Positions 1 to 10,135 of a DNA stretch of 64,000 nt are shown in pieces. The notes under the pieces were generated by a model. It saw only the letters and a list, made by a program, of their open reading frames with translations, made no database searches and had not been told where the DNA came from. Location of the stretch: assembly GCA_003281455.1 (NCBI GenBank), contig QCBX01000004.1:37291-101290 (forward strand). The letters are read 5' to 3'. Both the position numbers and the translations under genes were made by a program. Each line of letters begins with the position of its first letter. Position 1 is the first letter of the stretch. Origin of the DNA: Prochlorococcus sp. AG-347-J21 (GTDB lineage: Bacteria > Cyanobacteriota > Cyanobacteriia > PCC-6307 > Cyanobiaceae).

Positions 1-1
1 T

Positions 2-769
2 CTTATTCTTACCCCTCACTTAGGAGCTTCTACTCGGGAAGCACAAGAAAATGTAGCTGTTGATGTTGCAGAACAAATCAGAGATGTTTTGCTTGGATTA
101 TCTGCTAGAACTGCAGTAAATATACCAGGTTTGAGCCCTGATATTATGGATAGCCTAAAACCTCATTTGCAGTTATCTGAAACAATGGGTCTACTTATAA
201 GTCAGCTTTCAGGTGGACAAATACAGAAATTAGAAGTAAAGCTTCAAGGGGAATTTGTTCAACATCCTTCCCAACCATTAATAATAGCTAGTCTAAAAGG
301 CCTTCTAAGTAAAGCTTTGGGAGATAGGATCAATTATGTAAATGCTTCTCTAGAAGCAGATTCTAGAGGCATTTCAGTAGTCGAGAGTAAAGATGAGGCA
401 AGACCTGAATTTGCTAGTGGATCGCTTCAATTAACCACCTATGGAGATAATGGAGACCATAGCGTAGCAGGAAGCATTTTCGCTGATGGGGAATTAAGAA
501 TTATTAGTATTGATCAATATCCTGTTAATGTATCGCCAAGTAGATACATGCTGGTTACTAGGCATCGTGATATGCCTGGTATTATTGGCAAGCTTGGGTC
601 TTTATTGGGTAGCAACAATGTAAATATTGCCTCAATGCAAGTTGGGCGCAAAATTGTTAGAGGAGAAGCTGTTATGGTTCTAAGTATTGATGATCCAATT
701 CCTAATAAGTTGCTTGACACTATTATTGAAGTAGAGGGAATTACCAACGCTAATCCAGTTACTCTATAG
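2..769 (+). CDS. serA: D-3-phosphoglycerate dehydrogenase, C-terminal part (5' end lies outside the window)
   Basis: The frame is open from base 2 ([26 protein letters not shown]...), which is the end of a 2-hydroxyacid dehydrogenase domain. It continues through an ACT-like regulatory C-terminus ([25 protein letters not shown]) to TAG at 767-769. Confidence 0.85.
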   Translation, partial: LILTPHLGASTREAQENVAVDVAEQIRDVLLGLSARTAVNIPGLSPDIMDSLKPHLQLSETMGLLISQLSGGQIQKLEVKLQGEFVQHPSQPLIIASLKGLLSKALGDRINYVNASLEADSRGISVVESKDEARPEFASGSLQLTTYGDNGDHSVAGSIFADGELRIISIDQYPVNVSPSRYMLVTRHRDMPGIIGKLGSLLGSNNVNIASMQVGRKIVRGEAVMVLSIDDPIPNKLLDTIIEVEGITNANPVTL

Positions 770-786
770 ATAGGCTTGCTCTATTA

Positions 787-1698
787 ATGGCAATTAAAGA
801 TTGGTATAAACTAACTTTTCTGATAGAAAGTGATTCAGAGGAAATTATTATTTGGAAATTAAATGAGCTGGGAATATTTAGTTTTTCATTTGAATATTTA
901 ATCAAAAATGAAAATAAAAAAAAGGTGAATATATGGCTTCCAGTCGATGATTGGGGCGAGAGTTCTAGATGTGGTTTTGAAAAAATAATTAGCAAACTTC
1001 TAAACATTAATGCCCCTAAGAATCAATTTTTTGACTGGAGCATAATTAAAGAGGAGGATTGGTTGACAAGCTGGAAGAAATATTGGGCGCCAGAGTTAGT
1101 AGGAAATCATTTTTTAATATTGCCTTGTTGGATAAATTTAAATGAAAAATTTAAAGATAAAACAATCATAAAAATTGATCCTGGAGCAGCCTTTGGTACA
1201 GGAAGTCATCCTTCGACTTATCTTTGCTTAGAAAAAATGGAGAATATTTTATTTTCTGATAAAAAGATATTAGATATTGGTAGTGGCAGCGGGATTTTGA
1301 GTGTCGCTTCAAGATTGCTTGGTGCTAAAGAAGTTTATGCTGTGGATAATGATTATTTAGCTATAAATTCAACTAAATCAAATTTTCAACTAAATTTCGG
1401 TAATTTAGACAACTTAAATACATATTTGGGATCTTTTAATGAGATAATTTTAAAAAATCAACTGAAACAATTTGATTTTGTTTTATGCAATATTCTTGCT
1501 GAAGTAATAAAAGGAATGATTCCAAATATTTATAAGTGCTTAAGAAACAATGGGGAAGTCATTTTAAGTGGAATTCTGAATTCACAAAAGGATGAAATTG
1601 TAAAAATATTAATTCAGAATGACTTGAAATTATTGGATGTATCAACTAGAAAAGATTGGGCATGCATTTCTGCGAAAAAACCCAGCGATCCAATCTAA
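787..1698 (+). CDS. prmA: ribosomal protein L11 methyltransferase
   Basis: 303 aa with PrmA-like layout: [15 protein letters not shown] followed by the SAM motif [12 protein letters not shown] and VYAVDND. Confidence 0.85.
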   Translation: MAIKDWYKLTFLIESDSEEIIIWKLNELGIFSFSFEYLIKNENKKKVNIWLPVDDWGESSRCGFEKIISKLLNINAPKNQFFDWSIIKEEDWLTSWKKYWAPELVGNHFLILPCWINLNEKFKDKTIIKIDPGAAFGTGSHPSTYLCLEKMENILFSDKKILDIGSGSGILSVASRLLGAKEVYAVDNDYLAINSTKSNFQLNFGNLDNLNTYLGSFNEIILKNQLKQFDFVLCNILAEVIKGMIPNIYKCLRNNGEVILSGILNSQKDEIVKILIQNDLKLLDVSTRKDWACISAKKPSDPI

Positions 1699-1832
1699 GT
1701 ATAAGTTTTTCTTATAGATACCCTTTCATACATTTTATTGTGTCATTTTTTACTTCAAAATCTCACATATCGACCTAATCGATGTTAAAAATGTAAGTGA
1801 TAGGTATTAATTACCAACAATTTTTTATTTAA

Positions 1833-2132
1833 ATGGCTTCTTACAAAGTTACACTCATCAGCGAAGGTGAAGGTCTCAATTCAACTATTGAAGTACCTGA
1901 TGACCAATACATCCTCGATGCGGCTGAAGAACAAGGTATTGACCTTCCTTATTCCTGCAGAGCTGGAGCATGTTCAACATGTGCTGGAAAAGTTACTACA
2001 GGTAGTGTTGATCAGTCTGATCAAAGTTTCTTGGATGACGACCAACTAGAAGCTGGTTTTGTTCTTACTTGTGTTGCTTATCCAACATCTGACGTAACAA
2101 TTACAACTCATGCTGAGGAAGAATTGTACTAA
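1833..2132 (+). CDS. petF: plant-type [2Fe-2S] ferredoxin
   Basis: 99 aa. Contains the canonical [14 protein letters not shown]...LTCVAYP cluster-binding pattern. Confidence 0.95.
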   Translation: MASYKVTLISEGEGLNSTIEVPDDQYILDAAEEQGIDLPYSCRAGACSTCAGKVTTGSVDQSDQSFLDDDQLEAGFVLTCVAYPTSDVTITTHAEEELY

Positions 2133-2176
2133 TTATAAAAAATTAACTTTTTAAGTTGATTATTGATTATTTATCT

Positions 2177-2204
2177 GCCACCCTCTATGAAGGTGGCTTT
2201 TTTT
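2177..2204 (+). terminator. intrinsic terminator downstream of petF
   Basis: GCCACC (2177-2182) pairs with GGTGGC (2192-2197) around a 9-nt loop, followed directly by a T7 run (2198-2204). Confidence 0.8.
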
Positions 2205-2208
2205 GTAA

Positions 2209-2568
2209 ATGGATAAATTTGAATTTTTCAAGACTGGCAGTGTTCAATCAAGTTATGGAGGTCAGTACAGTTATAAGGTAATTGGCCCATGTTGCAGACT
2301 ATATGATAGGGAAGAGTTACCTTGGCCTTGCTCAAGGCTTGCTTGGAGAAGTAAGGAGCCTAGTTGGAGAAGAATAGGGTCTAGGTTCGTTGCTGATATG
2401 GCTTCAAGAAAATGCCCATCTTACTCAGTTCAGATTTTGGAGCCTGGATCAAAACCTGTTGAGACAGTTATAACTCTTTTTTCAAAGAAATTTTCTTCTG
2501 ATATACAAGAATGGTGGTATAGCAAAAAACCAGGCTCAAAAGAACCTGGTAATATCTTCCCTAATTAA
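2209..2568 (+). CDS. hypothetical W/C/R/P-rich protein (119 aa)
   Basis: No family recognised. Codon third positions are strongly A/T (cct, gct, tct, gtt, agt) while positions 1-2 are GC-rich, which supports real coding in this frame. The ATG lies 4 nt after the petF terminator T-run, and the 3' end contains the convergent terminator hairpin. Confidence 0.5.
   Translation: MDKFEFFKTGSVQSSYGGQYSYKVIGPCCRLYDREELPWPCSRLAWRSKEPSWRRIGSRFVADMASRKCPSYSVQILEPGSKPVETVITLFSKKFSSDIQEWWYSKKPGSKEPGNIFPN
2524..2550 (-). terminator. intrinsic terminator of the pentapeptide-repeat gene (minus strand)
   Basis: On the minus strand ACCAGG-N10-CCTGGT is followed by a T run (complement of A2524-A2529). It lies about 33 nt downstream of the stop codon (2583-2585) of the gene at 2583-3146. 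Confidence 0.7.
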
Positions 2569-2582
2569 GTTAGCTTCAAATA

Positions 2583-3146
2583 TTATGCTTTTGGCTTTGG
2601 TGGCATGTAACCTTTTAAGCCAGTGCATTCAAGACTATCAATTGTATTAACTCCAGTTTGTGAGTTAGTTCCACTAGCTCTTTCACATAATGATTTTCTC
2701 TGAGAAAGATCAAGATTTGCATCAGTAAAGTCTGCCCCATCAATAATTGCTCCATCAAAAACACTTTTCATTAGCTCACCATTAGTAAGATTTGCATCAG
2801 TAAAGTCAGCATTATCGAAGCGTGTTGCATATGCAATGAGGTCTGTCATATTAGCTCCTTTAAAACTAGAGTTTTTTGCTGTAGTTACACTCATATATGC
2901 GCCTTGAAGATTAGCTTCGCCTAAATCTTGATTAGATAAATCATATTTAACATATTCAGTATTATGAAGGTCAGCACCGTGAAGATCATCTTTTAGAACG
3001 TCAACTGATGAAGGATCACTAGGATAGAGTGCATTTGCAGATATTGGATTAATAAGTAACCCAATAATTAAAGGAAGAAAAATAAATAGTCTTTTACAAG
3101 ACTTATGTAGTGATGAAAAAATAGAGACCATTTCGATCGACATCAA
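2583..3146 (-). CDS. pentapeptide-repeat protein with N-terminal signal or TM segment (probably lumenal or periplasmic)
   Basis: Tandem A(D/N)LxG-type pentapeptides (GADLHNTEY, QDLGEANLQGAYM, ADFTDANLTNGEL, ADFTDANLD) follow a hydrophobic leader. Confidence 0.8.
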   Translation of the reverse strand: MMSIEMVSIFSSLHKSCKRLFIFLPLIIGLLINPISANALYPSDPSSVDVLKDDLHGADLHNTEYVKYDLSNQDLGEANLQGAYMSVTTAKNSSFKGANMTDLIAYATRFDNADFTDANLTNGELMKSVFDGAIIDGADFTDANLDLSQRKSLCERASGTNSQTGVNTIDSLECTGLKGYMPPKPKA

Positions 3147-3217
3147 ATAGAAAAACCTAAGACTATTATTTCATGGGTTGGTCATTTACAACGCTCCTGC
3201 TAACGAACTGTTGCAGT

Positions 3218-4156
3218 TTATTTTATTTCTGCCGTTAGAAAATCTTTTGCAAGTTCAGTATTAGGAAAGACTTTTTGAGCCTCTTTAAGCAAATCCATTG
3301 GTGTGATTGCATTTTTATTGGTATATCTTGGACTTAAATGAGTAATAATTAATTTTTTTGTGTTAGATAATAATGCTGTTTTGGCAGCCATGATTGTTGT
3401 GGAATGTAATTTTTCATAGGCCATGCTTTCATCCTCTTCTGAGAAAGTCGATTCATGTACTAGTAAATTGGCATTTTTTGATAGTGAAACAGCTGATTCG
3501 CTAAACACTGTATCTGTGCAATAAACAAAACTTTCACCTTTTCTAGGAGGTCCACAGAATTCTTTCCCATCGAATGTCCTCCCATCAGCTAAGGTAATTC
3601 TTTTCCCTTGTTTTAGTTCTGAATAGATTGGCCCAGGTTCTATATTCATAGATTCTGCCTTTTTAATATCAAAAGTACCTGGCTTATCTTTTTCGCTTAC
3701 TCGATAACCATAAGAAGGTATTTTATGTTTAAGACAGGCGCAATTCACTTTTATTTTATTATTTTCAAATAAAGTTTTATTTTTCAATGCGAAATTTTCA
3801 ACCTCTACGAAATTCAATGGAAATGACAATTTACAAAAACTGCTATTAAGGGCAGAATTTATGAAACTTCTCAGCCCTGAAGGACCATAAATTTCAATAC
3901 CCTTACTTTTACCTGATAAACCTAGAGTGGCCAAAAGACCAGGCAATCCAAAAATATGATCACCGTGCATATGGGTAATAAATATTTTTTTAATTTGTGA
4001 AGATTTGATATTACTTTTCATTAATTGATGTTGCGTTCCTTCTCCACAATCAAAAAGAAATACTTCAGAACTTTGAGATAACTTTAGTGCTAAAGAAGAT
4101 ACATTTCTTGTTAAGGTAGGCACCCCAGAGCTTGTTCCTAGGAATGTGATGTTCAC
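3218..4156 (-). CDS. rnz: ribonuclease Z (tRNA 3' processing, metallo-beta-lactamase fold)
   Basis: MNITFLGTSSGVPT start, HMHGDH zinc motif, about 310 aa, typical RNase Z layout. Confidence 0.85.
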   Translation of the reverse strand: MNITFLGTSSGVPTLTRNVSSLALKLSQSSEVFLFDCGEGTQHQLMKSNIKSSQIKKIFITHMHGDHIFGLPGLLATLGLSGKSKGIEIYGPSGLRSFINSALNSSFCKLSFPLNFVEVENFALKNKTLFENNKIKVNCACLKHKIPSYGYRVSEKDKPGTFDIKKAESMNIEPGPIYSELKQGKRITLADGRTFDGKEFCGPPRKGESFVYCTDTVFSESAVSLSKNANLLVHESTFSEEDESMAYEKLHSTTIMAAKTALLSNTKKLIITHLSPRYTNKNAITPMDLLKEAQKVFPNTELAKDFLTAEIK

Positions 4157-4244
4157 TTATAGTAATATTGTTGTTTTATTATCTGGATTAAATCTAAACT
4201 TTTAGTGAAGCTAAGGCAATTTCAAAATTTGTTTTTAAAACAAA

Positions 4245-5630
4245 GTGATACTAAAAATTATAAAAAATTCTCATAAATTTTGTTTAATAAGCATAATAAC
4301 TTTTTGTTTTCTTCAAACCAGCACTATTTCAGCTTCAACAGAGCCAATCATAAATGTCCTCATTTTAAAAAGCAAAAAAATTAGAATTAGATCAGATAGA
4401 TCAATTCCATTAATAATTAATAGTCAAAGATTTTCGAATAGAAGAATAAAAGGTTTAATTTTAAAAAAACAAAAGAATAGAACTAATTTAATTTTTGATA
4501 AGAATAAAAATAAAATCTATGACTTGGAAAATGAAAATATACTAGTAGTGAGATCCTCAGATAGAAGAGGTATTTGGGTTGGTGAGAAAAGATATGCAGG
4601 TCAATTGAAGATTTTCATACGTGATAATGACATATTGGTAGTTAATGTTCTTGGGATTGAGAAGTATCTTGGAAGCGTTGTTGGTTCAGAAATGCCTGCA
4701 AAATGGCCTTTAGAAGCATTAAAAGCTCAAGCCATTGCATCAAGAACCTATGCTTTAAAGAAAAAAGGAAATCCTCTATACGATATAGATTCGACGAACA
4801 ATAATCAGGTTTATACTGGACTTGAGGCTAGGACTTATAAAACTGCAAGGGCAGTAAACAGCACAAGATCATTAGTATTGACGTATAAAAATAAATTAAT
4901 TAATTCTTTATTTCATAGTAGTTCGGCTGGTATGACAGAAAATAGCCAAGATGTATGGGAAAATAAATATCCATATTTAACAAGTGTCAAAGACTTTGAT
5001 AAAAATAATCCAAAACTTCGATGGGAAAAAAAGTTTTCAAAATCTCAACTGCAAAAACTATTCCCAAAGATTGGAGGAATAAAACAAATCGAAATTTTAG
5101 ATATAACAAGTACTGGTCGAATAAAAAATGTAAGAATTCAGGGTGATTTTGGAACTGATCAAATTTCAGGAGTTGATATTCGAAAAAGAATGAATCTTAA
5201 AAGTACTTTAGTAAGATTTAAATTTATTGAAGATAATGAAAATAAAAGTAGTAATGAGAGCGTTAAATTATTACCAACAAATTCACAAGAAAATGAACCT
5301 ATTACTCATATTGTTAGAGTTGGAGAAAACTTGATAGTTATTGCGGATCAATATGACGTAAATGTTGATAAATTAGTAGCCTTAAATAATATTAAAAATT
5401 CATCATTAATAAATATAGGTCAAAGATTATTAGTACCAAGAAAGTCTCTTAATTCTTCATCTTCTTCAAAAGAGATTCTAGTAGTTTCAGGATATGGTTC
5501 TGGACATGGTGTGGGGATGAGTCAATGGGGAGCTCGATATATGGCCAATAAGGGACAAAAAGCAAAAGATATATTGAAACATTTCTATAAGGGAGTAGAA
5601 ATAAAACCCTTTAAAAAATATTTTTTATAA
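4245..5630 (+). CDS. SpoIID/LytB-domain protein with LysM domain (peptidoglycan remodelling)
   Basis: Signal peptide, SpoIID-like core (EALKAQAIASRTYAL, HSSSAGMTENSQDVW), a LysM module (HIVRVGENLIVIADQYDVNVDKLVALNNI...GQRLLVP) and a C-terminal GHGVGMSQWGA motif. GTG start. Confidence 0.8.
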   Translation: MILKIIKNSHKFCLISIITFCFLQTSTISASTEPIINVLILKSKKIRIRSDRSIPLIINSQRFSNRRIKGLILKKQKNRTNLIFDKNKNKIYDLENENILVVRSSDRRGIWVGEKRYAGQLKIFIRDNDILVVNVLGIEKYLGSVVGSEMPAKWPLEALKAQAIASRTYALKKKGNPLYDIDSTNNNQVYTGLEARTYKTARAVNSTRSLVLTYKNKLINSLFHSSSAGMTENSQDVWENKYPYLTSVKDFDKNNPKLRWEKKFSKSQLQKLFPKIGGIKQIEILDITSTGRIKNVRIQGDFGTDQISGVDIRKRMNLKSTLVRFKFIEDNENKSSNESVKLLPTNSQENEPITHIVRVGENLIVIADQYDVNVDKLVALNNIKNSSLINIGQRLLVPRKSLNSSSSSKEILVVSGYGSGHGVGMSQWGARYMANKGQKAKDILKHFYKGVEIKPFKKYFL

Positions 5631-5633
5631 GAA

Positions 5634-6554
5634 TTATTTTGCATTGAGAACCAATTTAGGATTTATATTAGTATGTTCTTTATTTAAAAATCCAATGCCA
5701 AGAAGATTTTTCCTCTTATCAATTACTTTTATAGGTTTTTTATAATCAAATGCATTGCTTTCATTAAACCAATTAATATCAACCTTAATGGATCTTCCAG
5801 TTTGCCAATAATTGATTTCTTCTTTATTTAATACAAATGTTGAAATGTGATTAAGAGCAGAAATTGTTGGAATAATAAAATTTGAAGCGGTTTTTTTATT
5901 TTTTTCTTTTTCCATATCAGATATTTTTATGGAGTTTTGTTCGTCAAAGCCACAAGCTGAGATTCTTTTCAGTTGTAGAAGGCAACCTTCGGAATTGAGA
6001 ACTTTACCTAAATCTCTTGCAATTGCTCTTATATATGTACCAGCTGAACATTTGATTTTTATTTCTATGATTCCTTTTATTTGGTCCCATTTTATTAGGA
6101 CCAGTTCTTCTATTTTTACTTCTCTTGGTGCTAATTCAAAATTTTCGTTTCTAAATGATTTTTTATAAGCTCTCTCACCATTGACGTGCACACTAGAAAC
6201 TGTTGGCGGAATTTGTTTAATTATTCCTCTAAATTTATTTAAATATTGATCTAATTTCTCATCACTAATTTTTGGCCAAACTTTTTGATTAATTATCTCT
6301 CCGTAAATATCATCAGTTTTAGTTCTTATCCCTAATTTAATTTGTCCTACATAGGTCTTCCCCTGAGGAAGATATTGAATAAATCTTGTTGCACTGCCTA
6401 TAGCAATGGGTAAAGTTCCTGTAACCTCTGGATCAAGAGTTCCTGTGTGCCCAACTTTTTTTGTGTTTAGTAACTTTCTTATTTGTTTAACACAATCATG
6501 AGAGGTACATCCTTTATCTTTATTAATAACTAAGAATCCATCTTTAGTGTCCAT
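5634..6554 (-). CDS. truB: tRNA pseudouridine-55 synthase
   Basis: [14 protein letters not shown]...[13 protein letters not shown] contains the catalytic Asp motif, followed by a TruB core. Confidence 0.9.
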   Translation of the reverse strand: MDTKDGFLVINKDKGCTSHDCVKQIRKLLNTKKVGHTGTLDPEVTGTLPIAIGSATRFIQYLPQGKTYVGQIKLGIRTKTDDIYGEIINQKVWPKISDEKLDQYLNKFRGIIKQIPPTVSSVHVNGERAYKKSFRNENFELAPREVKIEELVLIKWDQIKGIIEIKIKCSAGTYIRAIARDLGKVLNSEGCLLQLKRISACGFDEQNSIKISDMEKEKNKKTASNFIIPTISALNHISTFVLNKEEINYWQTGRSIKVDINWFNESNAFDYKKPIKVIDKRKNLLGIGFLNKEHTNINPKLVLNAK

Positions 6555-6630
6555 TTTTAATATTAAGAATACTTTGAGAAAGATTTATTTCCACCCTATG
6601 ATTTTTATATTAGAAATTTAAAGTAAGAAA

Positions 6631-7371
6631 TTGAAAGATAATAACTTTATATTAAAAGAGTTTTTAGATAATGCTTTTAATGTGAAATCACATTTAATGG
6701 AATACTTAGCTATTAATGAATGTGATTTAGAGGGATTCCTCGCAAATGCAAAGATGAATTTGGCAAATTTACATCCTGGAGATGCTTTAAGTGATGTTTC
6801 AGATTTTTATACTGAAATTGTTGGAGATCGGCATCTAGCCGATTTAGCTGCTTGGCATATTACGAGCAAGGATTACATCGCTGACACTTTAAAGCTTCAG
6901 CAGAGATTTTCTAGAGATTTAGTTTTAGATTTTGGAGGCGGGATTGGAACACATGCCTTAGCAAATGCAATGTCTTCCAAAGTTGAGCATGTTTTTTTTG
7001 TTGATATTAATGAAACAAATAGAAACTTTGTTGAATACAGGGCAAAGGAATTAGGAGTCGAAAAAAAGCTTACTTTCTGCAGGACAGTTAAAGATGCACA
7101 AATTTCGAAATTTGACACGATAATTTGTCTTGATGTTTTGGAACATCTTGCAGATCCAGCTTCTCAAATTGAGGTCTTCTATGAAATTATGGATTATGAT
7201 TCTATTGCTTTATTTAATTGGTATTTTTATAAAGGAGAAAAAAATGAATATCCCTTTCATATTGACGATGAGCATGTTGTTGAAAGGTTTTTTAAGACAC
7301 TTCAATCAAACTTTTTAGAAGTTTTTCATCCTATTCTTATAACTACAAGAGCTTATAAGAAAATTAAATAA
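6631..7371 (+). CDS. class I SAM-dependent methyltransferase, substrate unknown
   Basis: Motif [12 protein letters not shown], then FFVDIN and ICLDVLEHL (motifs II/III). TTG start. The 3' end overlaps rpmA convergently by 8 nt. Confidence 0.65.
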   Translation: MKDNNFILKEFLDNAFNVKSHLMEYLAINECDLEGFLANAKMNLANLHPGDALSDVSDFYTEIVGDRHLADLAAWHITSKDYIADTLKLQQRFSRDLVLDFGGGIGTHALANAMSSKVEHVFFVDINETNRNFVEYRAKELGVEKKLTFCRTVKDAQISKFDTIICLDVLEHLADPASQIEVFYEIMDYDSIALFNWYFYKGEKNEYPFHIDDEHVVERFFKTLQSNFLEVFHPILITTRAYKKIK

Positions 7372-7624
7372 TTATATTAACTCTTTTTCTATTTCTTAAA
7401 TTTCTTTTAATACTTTCGAAACTTACTGTTCCTTCTTTGAGTGCAAAAAGGGTGTCATCTTTGCCTTTGCCAACATTGATTCCTGGTAAAAAGGATGTAC
7501 CTCTTTGGCGAATTAAAATTGATCCAGCAGTTACTTTTTCACCGCCATAAGCTTTAACACCCAATCTTTTCGAATTGGAATCACGACCGTTTCTAGTAGA
7601 TCCTGTTCCTTTTTTATGAGCCAT
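7364..7624 (-). CDS. rpmA: 50S ribosomal protein L27
   Basis: [24 protein letters not shown]... is the canonical L27 N-terminus. Confidence 0.95.
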   Translation of the reverse strand: MAHKKGTGSTRNGRDSNSKRLGVKAYGGEKVTAGSILIRQRGTSFLPGINVGKGKDDTLFALKEGTVSFESIKRNLRNRKRVNIII

Positions 7625-7632
7625 GAGAAATG

Positions 7633-8073
7633 TTAAATTGTAGATTTTTTAGATTTTGGTTTTGTCTCCTTTTTAATAGTTTCCGCTTTTGAAGGAGACT
7701 TAGGAGCACTTTTACCTATTGAGATAGATTTTACCATAACTCTTGTAAGTTCTTGTCTGTGACCCATCTTTCTTCTTGTCTTTTTTTTGGGACGCATCTT
7801 GTAGACAAGAATTTTTTTATCTCTCTTATGCGAAATTACTTCTAATTCAATTTTTGCATCTTCAATATAAGGTTTACCAATATTTATTGAGTTTTTATCT
7901 TTTAAAAGTAAAACTTTTTCAAGTGTTATTTTATCTTTTTCTTTTACATTTAGTCTGTCGATATCATAATATCTGTCAACTTCGAACCAAAATTGTTGGC
8001 CTGAAGTTTCTGCAATTGCGTATAACTCATTACTTTTAGAAGAGTTTTTTGAAGTTTTTTTAGAATTTGTCAT
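7633..8073 (-). CDS. rplU: 50S ribosomal protein L21
   Basis: [14 protein letters not shown]...[25 protein letters not shown]. It sits immediately upstream of rpmA, as in the conserved rplU-rpmA operon. Confidence 0.9.
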   Translation of the reverse strand: MTNSKKTSKNSSKSNELYAIAETSGQQFWFEVDRYYDIDRLNVKEKDKITLEKVLLLKDKNSINIGKPYIEDAKIELEVISHKRDKKILVYKMRPKKKTRRKMGHRQELTRVMVKSISIGKSAPKSPSKAETIKKETKPKSKKSTI

Positions 8074-8217
8074 TTCTTGGGGACGCTTTAAGGCTCAAAT
8101 TTAAAATTTGATTAAGCCAAATTAGCAATCATAAATATTTGTCTATTTTCTTATTTTGTAGTGTAATAAGTCAAGGGATGTTTTAAATCTTTTATGTCAA
8201 TTTGACGAACTATAACC

Positions 8218-8535
8218 ATGGCAGCGAGAAAAACTTATATTTTAAAACTTTATGTCGCTGGGAATACTCCTAATTCAATGAGAGCTTTAAATACTTTAAG
8301 AGAAATTTTAGAAAATGAATTTAAAGGAGTCTATGCCTTAAAGGTTATAGATGTGCTTAAGCAACCCCAACTTGCAGAAGAAGATAAGATTTTGGCTACT
8401 CCAACCTTAGCTAAAATTTTACCTCCACCAGTTAGAAGAATAATTGGTGATCTTTCTGATAGAGAAAAAGTTTTAATCGGTTTAGATCTACTTTTTGATG
8501 AATTAACTGAAACTGAATATAGTGGAAATAAATAA
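8218..8535 (+). CDS. kaiB: circadian clock protein KaiB
   Basis: [26 protein letters not shown]...[27 protein letters not shown] is near-invariant KaiB sequence. Confidence 0.95.
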   Translation: MAARKTYILKLYVAGNTPNSMRALNTLREILENEFKGVYALKVIDVLKQPQLAEEDKILATPTLAKILPPPVRRIIGDLSDREKVLIGLDLLFDELTETEYSGNK

Positions 8536-8605
8536 AATAAAGAAAACTTTTTAATTAAAAATAAATTTAGTGTTTATTTTATTTAAGTTTACTTAGCACA
8601 AAATC

Positions 8606-10135
8606 ATGAAAGATAAGAAATTTGGCAAATCTAATAAAATGCAAGTACAAAAATTACCTACTGGTATAGAGGGTTTTGATGATGTTTGTAGAGGGGGTTT
8701 GCCGGTATCTAGAAGTACTCTCGTTAGTGGCACTTCAGGTACTGGCAAGACTGTTTTTTCGCTTCAATACTTACACCATGGAATTTGTAATTTTGATGAG
8801 CCTGGGATCTTCGTTACATTTGAAGAGTCCCCTTTGGACATTATTAGAAACGCTGCAAGCTTCGGATGGGATTTACAAGAATTAATTGATCAAAATAAGT
8901 TATTTATTTTGGATGCTTCTCCTGATCCGGACGGTCAAGATGTTGCGGGTAATTTTGACTTGTCTGGTCTTATTGAAAGAATTAGTTATGCAATAAGAAA
9001 ATATAAAGCTAAAAGAGTTGCTATAGATTCAATTACTGCTGTTTTTCAACAATATGATGCTATTTATGTTGTTAGAAGAGAAATATTTAGATTGATAGCA
9101 AGATTAAAAGAAATAGGAGTAACAACAGTTATGACTACTGAGAGGGTTGATGATTATGGACCTATTGCTAGATATGGAGTAGAAGAATTTGTTTCTGATA
9201 ATGTTGTCTTATTAAGAAATGTTCTAGAGTCAGAGAAGAGGAGAAGAACTTTAGAAGTTTTGAAGTTAAGAGGCACTGTACATATGAAAGGGGAATATCC
9301 ATTCACTATGGGAATGGATGGAATCAGTGTATTTGCTCTTGGAGCAATGAGACTTACGCAAAGATCTTCAAATATTAGGATTAGTTCTGGAGTAAAAGAT
9401 CTTGATGATATGTGTGGAGGAGGTTATTTTCAAGATTCTATTATCCTTGCCACAGGAGCTACTGGTACAGGTAAGACAATGCTGGTATCAAAATTTGTAG
9501 AAGATGCTTATAACAATAGTGAAAGAGCAATCCTTTTTGCTTATGAAGAATCTAGGGCTCAATTGCTAAGGAATGCTACAAGTTGGGGAATAGACTTTGA
9601 AAAGATGGAAAGTGATGGGTTATTAAAAATTATTTGTGCATATCCTGAATCAACTGGTTTGGAGGATCATTTACAAATCATAAAAACGCAAATAAATCAA
9701 TTTAAACCAAAGAGAATGGCAATAGATTCTCTTTCAGCATTAGCTCGAGGTGTAAGTTTGAATGCATTTAGACAGTTTGTTATTGCAGTTACAGGTTATA
9801 CAAAACAGGAAGAGATAGCAGGCTTTTTTACTAATACTGCAGAAGAATTCATGGGAAGTCATTCTATTACTGATTCTCACATCTCAACAATTACGGATAC
9901 TATATTATTGCTGCAATATGTTGAAATAAAGGGAGAGATGGCTAGAGCTTTAAACGTTTTTAAAATGCGAGGATCATGGCATGATAAACGTATTAGAGAA
10001 TTTATTATTACTAACAAAGGTCCTGAAATAAAAGATTCTTTTTCTAACTTTGAACAGATATTTAGTGGTGCACCTCATAGAGTTGTTCCTGATCAAAATG
10101 TTCAGAATGTTTTTAAAGGGTTAGATAAAAACTAG
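8606..10135 (+). CDS. kaiC: circadian clock protein KaiC (double RecA-like ATPase)
   Basis: Two Walker A loops (GTSGTGKT, GATGTGKT). EVLKLRGT and VFKMRGSWHD motifs. The phosphosite region is DSHISTITDTILLLQYVE. Confidence 0.95.
   Translation: MKDKKFGKSNKMQVQKLPTGIEGFDDVCRGGLPVSRSTLVSGTSGTGKTVFSLQYLHHGICNFDEPGIFVTFEESPLDIIRNAASFGWDLQELIDQNKLFILDASPDPDGQDVAGNFDLSGLIERISYAIRKYKAKRVAIDSITAVFQQYDAIYVVRREIFRLIARLKEIGVTTVMTTERVDDYGPIARYGVEEFVSDNVVLLRNVLESEKRRRTLEVLKLRGTVHMKGEYPFTMGMDGISVFALGAMRLTQRSSNIRISSGVKDLDDMCGGGYFQDSIILATGATGTGKTMLVSKFVEDAYNNSERAILFAYEESRAQLLRNATSWGIDFEKMESDGLLKIICAYPESTGLEDHLQIIKTQINQFKPKRMAIDSLSALARGVSLNAFRQFVIAVTGYTKQEEIAGFFTNTAEEFMGSHSITDSHISTITDTILLLQYVEIKGEMARALNVFKMRGSWHDKRIREFIITNKGPEIKDSFSNFEQIFSGAPHRVVPDQNVQNVFKGLDKN

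Noticed and set aside
2260-2470. A GC-rich, hairpin-rich stretch considered as a hidden RNA gene (6S RNA, RNase P RNA, tmRNA or a riboswitch).
   Set aside because: None of the signature sequences I know is present: no RNase P GGAAAGUCC-type P4 strand, no tmRNA tag frame, no THI or B12 boxes. The region also shows clear codon periodicity (GC at positions 1-2, A/T at position 3) in the ORF frame. It is kept as a CDS with moderate confidence and listed as a finding.
8074-8217. Searched the rplU-kaiB spacer for a kaiA remnant and for a clear promoter (TTGTCT-N17-TGTAAT at 8139-8167).
   Set aside because: The spacer is too short for any kaiA fragment that I can recognise by eye. The promoter-like hexamers are weak and indistinguishable from AT-rich background.
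10132-10135. kaiC and the convergent histidine kinase share a palindromic CTAG that supplies both stop codons (a 4-nt overlap).
   Set aside because: The overlap is real, but it is a trivial consequence of genome compaction. I could see no regulatory implication.
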